NCBI GenBank assembly: GCA_002504525.1
Contig: DATD01000009.1
Span: 43,464 to 75,463, forward strand
Length of the DNA: 32,000 bases
Origin: Methanomassiliicoccus sp. UBA345
GTDB taxonomy: Archaea; Thermoplasmatota; Thermoplasmata; Methanomassiliicoccales; Methanomassiliicoccaceae
Reading direction: 5' to 3'
The notes below the pieces were generated by a model. That model was not told the origin of the DNA. It made no database searches and saw only the letters and a program-made list of their open reading frames with translations. Of the stretch, positions 30,641-32,000 are shown one piece after another (position 1 is the first letter of the stretch; the number at the start of each line of letters is the position of its first letter). The position numbers and the translations under genes were made by a program.

Positions 30641-31891
30641 ATGAAGATCAAGTTCCTCGGCGGCGCCGAGGTAGTAGGAAAGATGGGCATGCTCCTTCAG
30701 AACAAGGGGGCCGATCTTCTTTTCGAGTATGGCATGGCAGCATCCAAACCCCCACAGTACCCCCTGGCCGCACCGCAGGTGGACATGGCGTTCCTCACCC
30801 ACAGCCACCTGGACCACTGCGGCATGCTGCCCTGGCTGTGCGGGAAGTATGACACCGAGGTGGTGTCCACCCCCATATCAGCTGACGTGGTCGAGCTCCT
30901 GGTCCGCGACTCCCTGAAGATCGCGGGCCTGGAAGGCTACCCCAAGCCGTACAGCGAGGAGGACATTCAGACCATGATGCGGAACTTCACCCCCATGACG
31001 TACGGCGAGATCATGGACGTGGGCGGGTTCGAGGTCGAACTCCACCCCGCCGGGCACCTTCCCGGCGCCGCCATGTACGAGCTCAGGGGCGACCAGACCA
31101 CCGTCTTCACCGGCGACATGCACACCACCAACATGAGGCTGGTGTGGGGCGCCCACCCTGTGAAGTGCGACAATCTGATCATGGAAGGCACCTACGCCGG
31201 CCGTAACCATCCAGACCGCAACAAGACCGAGCGCGAGCTCCTTGAGAAGGTCAAGGAGGTCGTGGAGAGGGGGGGCCGCGCCATCCTGCCCTGCTTCGCG
31301 GTCGGCCGTACGCAGGAGGTCATGCTCATTCTCAAGGACCTCAAGTACAACATGTGGGTCGACGGCATGGGGAAGACCATCAGCCGTTTCTACCTCGACC
31401 GGCCGGAGTACGTGCGCAACGAGAAGGCGCTCCGGGCGGCCAAGCGGAAGTTCCATGAGGTCAGGACCCCGGCGGACCGCCACCGCGCCCGCAAGGAGGC
31501 CCAGGTCATCGTGACCACCGGCGGTATGCTCGACGGCGGCCCGGTGCTCAGCTACATCGACGATGCGAAGAACGACCCGAAGAGCGCCATCCTGCTGTCC
31601 GGGTTCCAGGTGGAGGGTTCCAACGGATACATGCTCATGAACGAGGGGATCATCAACGTCCAGGCCACCAAGGAGGAGCTGCCCCACCCGGTCAAGATAA
31701 AGTGCGAGGTGCGCAAGTACGACCTCTCCGCACATGCAGACCACAACGATCTGCTGGCATTCGTCGAGGCGTGCGACCCGGAGAAGGTGGTGCTGATGCA
31801 CTCCGATGACCGCGAGCCGCTCGCCAAGGACATCGAGGCCAACGGCAGGAAGGTCATACTCCCGGTGACCAACCAGGAGTTCGAGCTATAG
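30641..31891 (+). CDS. MBL-fold beta-CASP ribonuclease (aCPSF2-like)
   Basis: 416 aa. It has the metallo-beta-lactamase motif FLTHSHLDHCG, then HPAGHLPGAAMY, TGDMH, the beta-CASP region EGTYAGR...LPCFAVGRTQEV, and the C-terminal LSAHADHNDL and VLMHSDD. GGAGG (30628..30632) lies 8 nt upstream of the ATG. Confidence 0.82.
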   Translation: MKIKFLGGAEVVGKMGMLLQNKGADLLFEYGMAASKPPQYPLAAPQVDMAFLTHSHLDHCGMLPWLCGKYDTEVVSTPISADVVELLVRDSLKIAGLEGYPKPYSEEDIQTMMRNFTPMTYGEIMDVGGFEVELHPAGHLPGAAMYELRGDQTTVFTGDMHTTNMRLVWGAHPVKCDNLIMEGTYAGRNHPDRNKTERELLEKVKEVVERGGRAILPCFAVGRTQEVMLILKDLKYNMWVDGMGKTISRFYLDRPEYVRNEKALRAAKRKFHEVRTPADRHRARKEAQVIVTTGGMLDGGPVLSYIDDAKNDPKSAILLSGFQVEGSNGYMLMNEGIINVQATKEELPHPVKIKCEVRKYDLSAHADHNDLLAFVEACDPEKVVLMHSDDREPLAKDIEANGRKVILPVTNQEFEL

Positions 31892-31929
31892 GCTCAGGAT
31901 TATCTATCTGCAAGCGCGATGATGTCACC

Positions 31930-32000
31930 ATGACCTGGGTCGAGGAATATCTCCGAGAGGATGTGGGGGATGGCGACATCACCACCCTCGCCCTCATCGG
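31930..32000 (+). CDS. nadC: nicotinate-nucleotide (quinolinate) pyrophosphorylase, N-terminal fragment cut by window edge
   Basis: Manual translation from ATG 31930 gives MTWVEEYLREDVGDGDITTLALI. The L-x-ED-x-G-x-GD-x-TT N-terminal signature is typical of NadC. Only 23 codons are visible. Confidence 0.6.
   Translation, partial: MTWVEEYLREDVGDGDITTLALI

Noticed and set aside
1-32000. Possible in-frame TAG (pyrrolysine) recoding, given the Methanomassiliicoccales-like context
   Set aside because: TAG is used as an ordinary stop by at least eight genes here (pgk, dapL, panE, nitroreductase, tal, the 299-aa membrane protein, yjbQ, the beta-CASP RNase). No methyltransferase gene or interrupted ORF pair suggesting read-through is present.
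1-32000. Scan for CRISPR arrays, IS elements, integrases and prophage remnants
   Set aside because: I found no regularly spaced repeats beyond the short promoter repeats reported above. No transposase- or integrase-like ORF and no tRNA attachment site are present. The window looks like stable chromosome.

Overview
Visibly GC-rich (not computed), densely coding chromosomal segment of an archaeon. I call 37 CDS, most on the minus strand, and many junctions are 4-nt ATGA stop/start overlaps. Archaeal markers are PCNA, TFS, an A24 prepilin/preflagellin peptidase, an aCPSF2-like beta-CASP RNase, a split transketolase, and AT-rich TATA-like boxes about 25-30 nt upstream of several start codons. Gene content fits a Thermoplasmata/Methanomassiliicoccales-like euryarchaeon, but that is inference I cannot verify here. 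Most of the window is core metabolism. It holds pgk and a regulator-first seven-gene DapL-pathway lysine operon (lrp-dapA-dapB-lysC-lysA-dapF-dapL). It also holds proA-proB, a split transketolase plus transaldolase, panE, thiL, an AmmeMemoRadiSam radical SAM enzyme, yjbQ and the start of nadC. The stand-out accessory locus lies at 18.3-21.3 kb. It is an hgcA-hgcB mercury-methylation pair, recognised by the NVWCAAGK cap-helix motif in HgcA and by a 2x[4Fe-4S] ferredoxin with a C-terminal Cys-Cys in HgcB. A small AbrB-fold protein with two vicinal Cys-Cys pairs immediately precedes it. A duplicated Lrp/AsnC regulator is transcribed divergently across a promoter containing three tandem 9-bp TTCTG units. 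A DUF420-like membrane protein follows hgcB. A second notable item is an endonuclease V fused to an alkyltransferase-like domain whose acceptor Cys is replaced by Thr. I saw no rRNA, tRNA, CRISPR array, transposase or integrase. Long ORFs on the opposite strand of real genes are GC-driven shadows.
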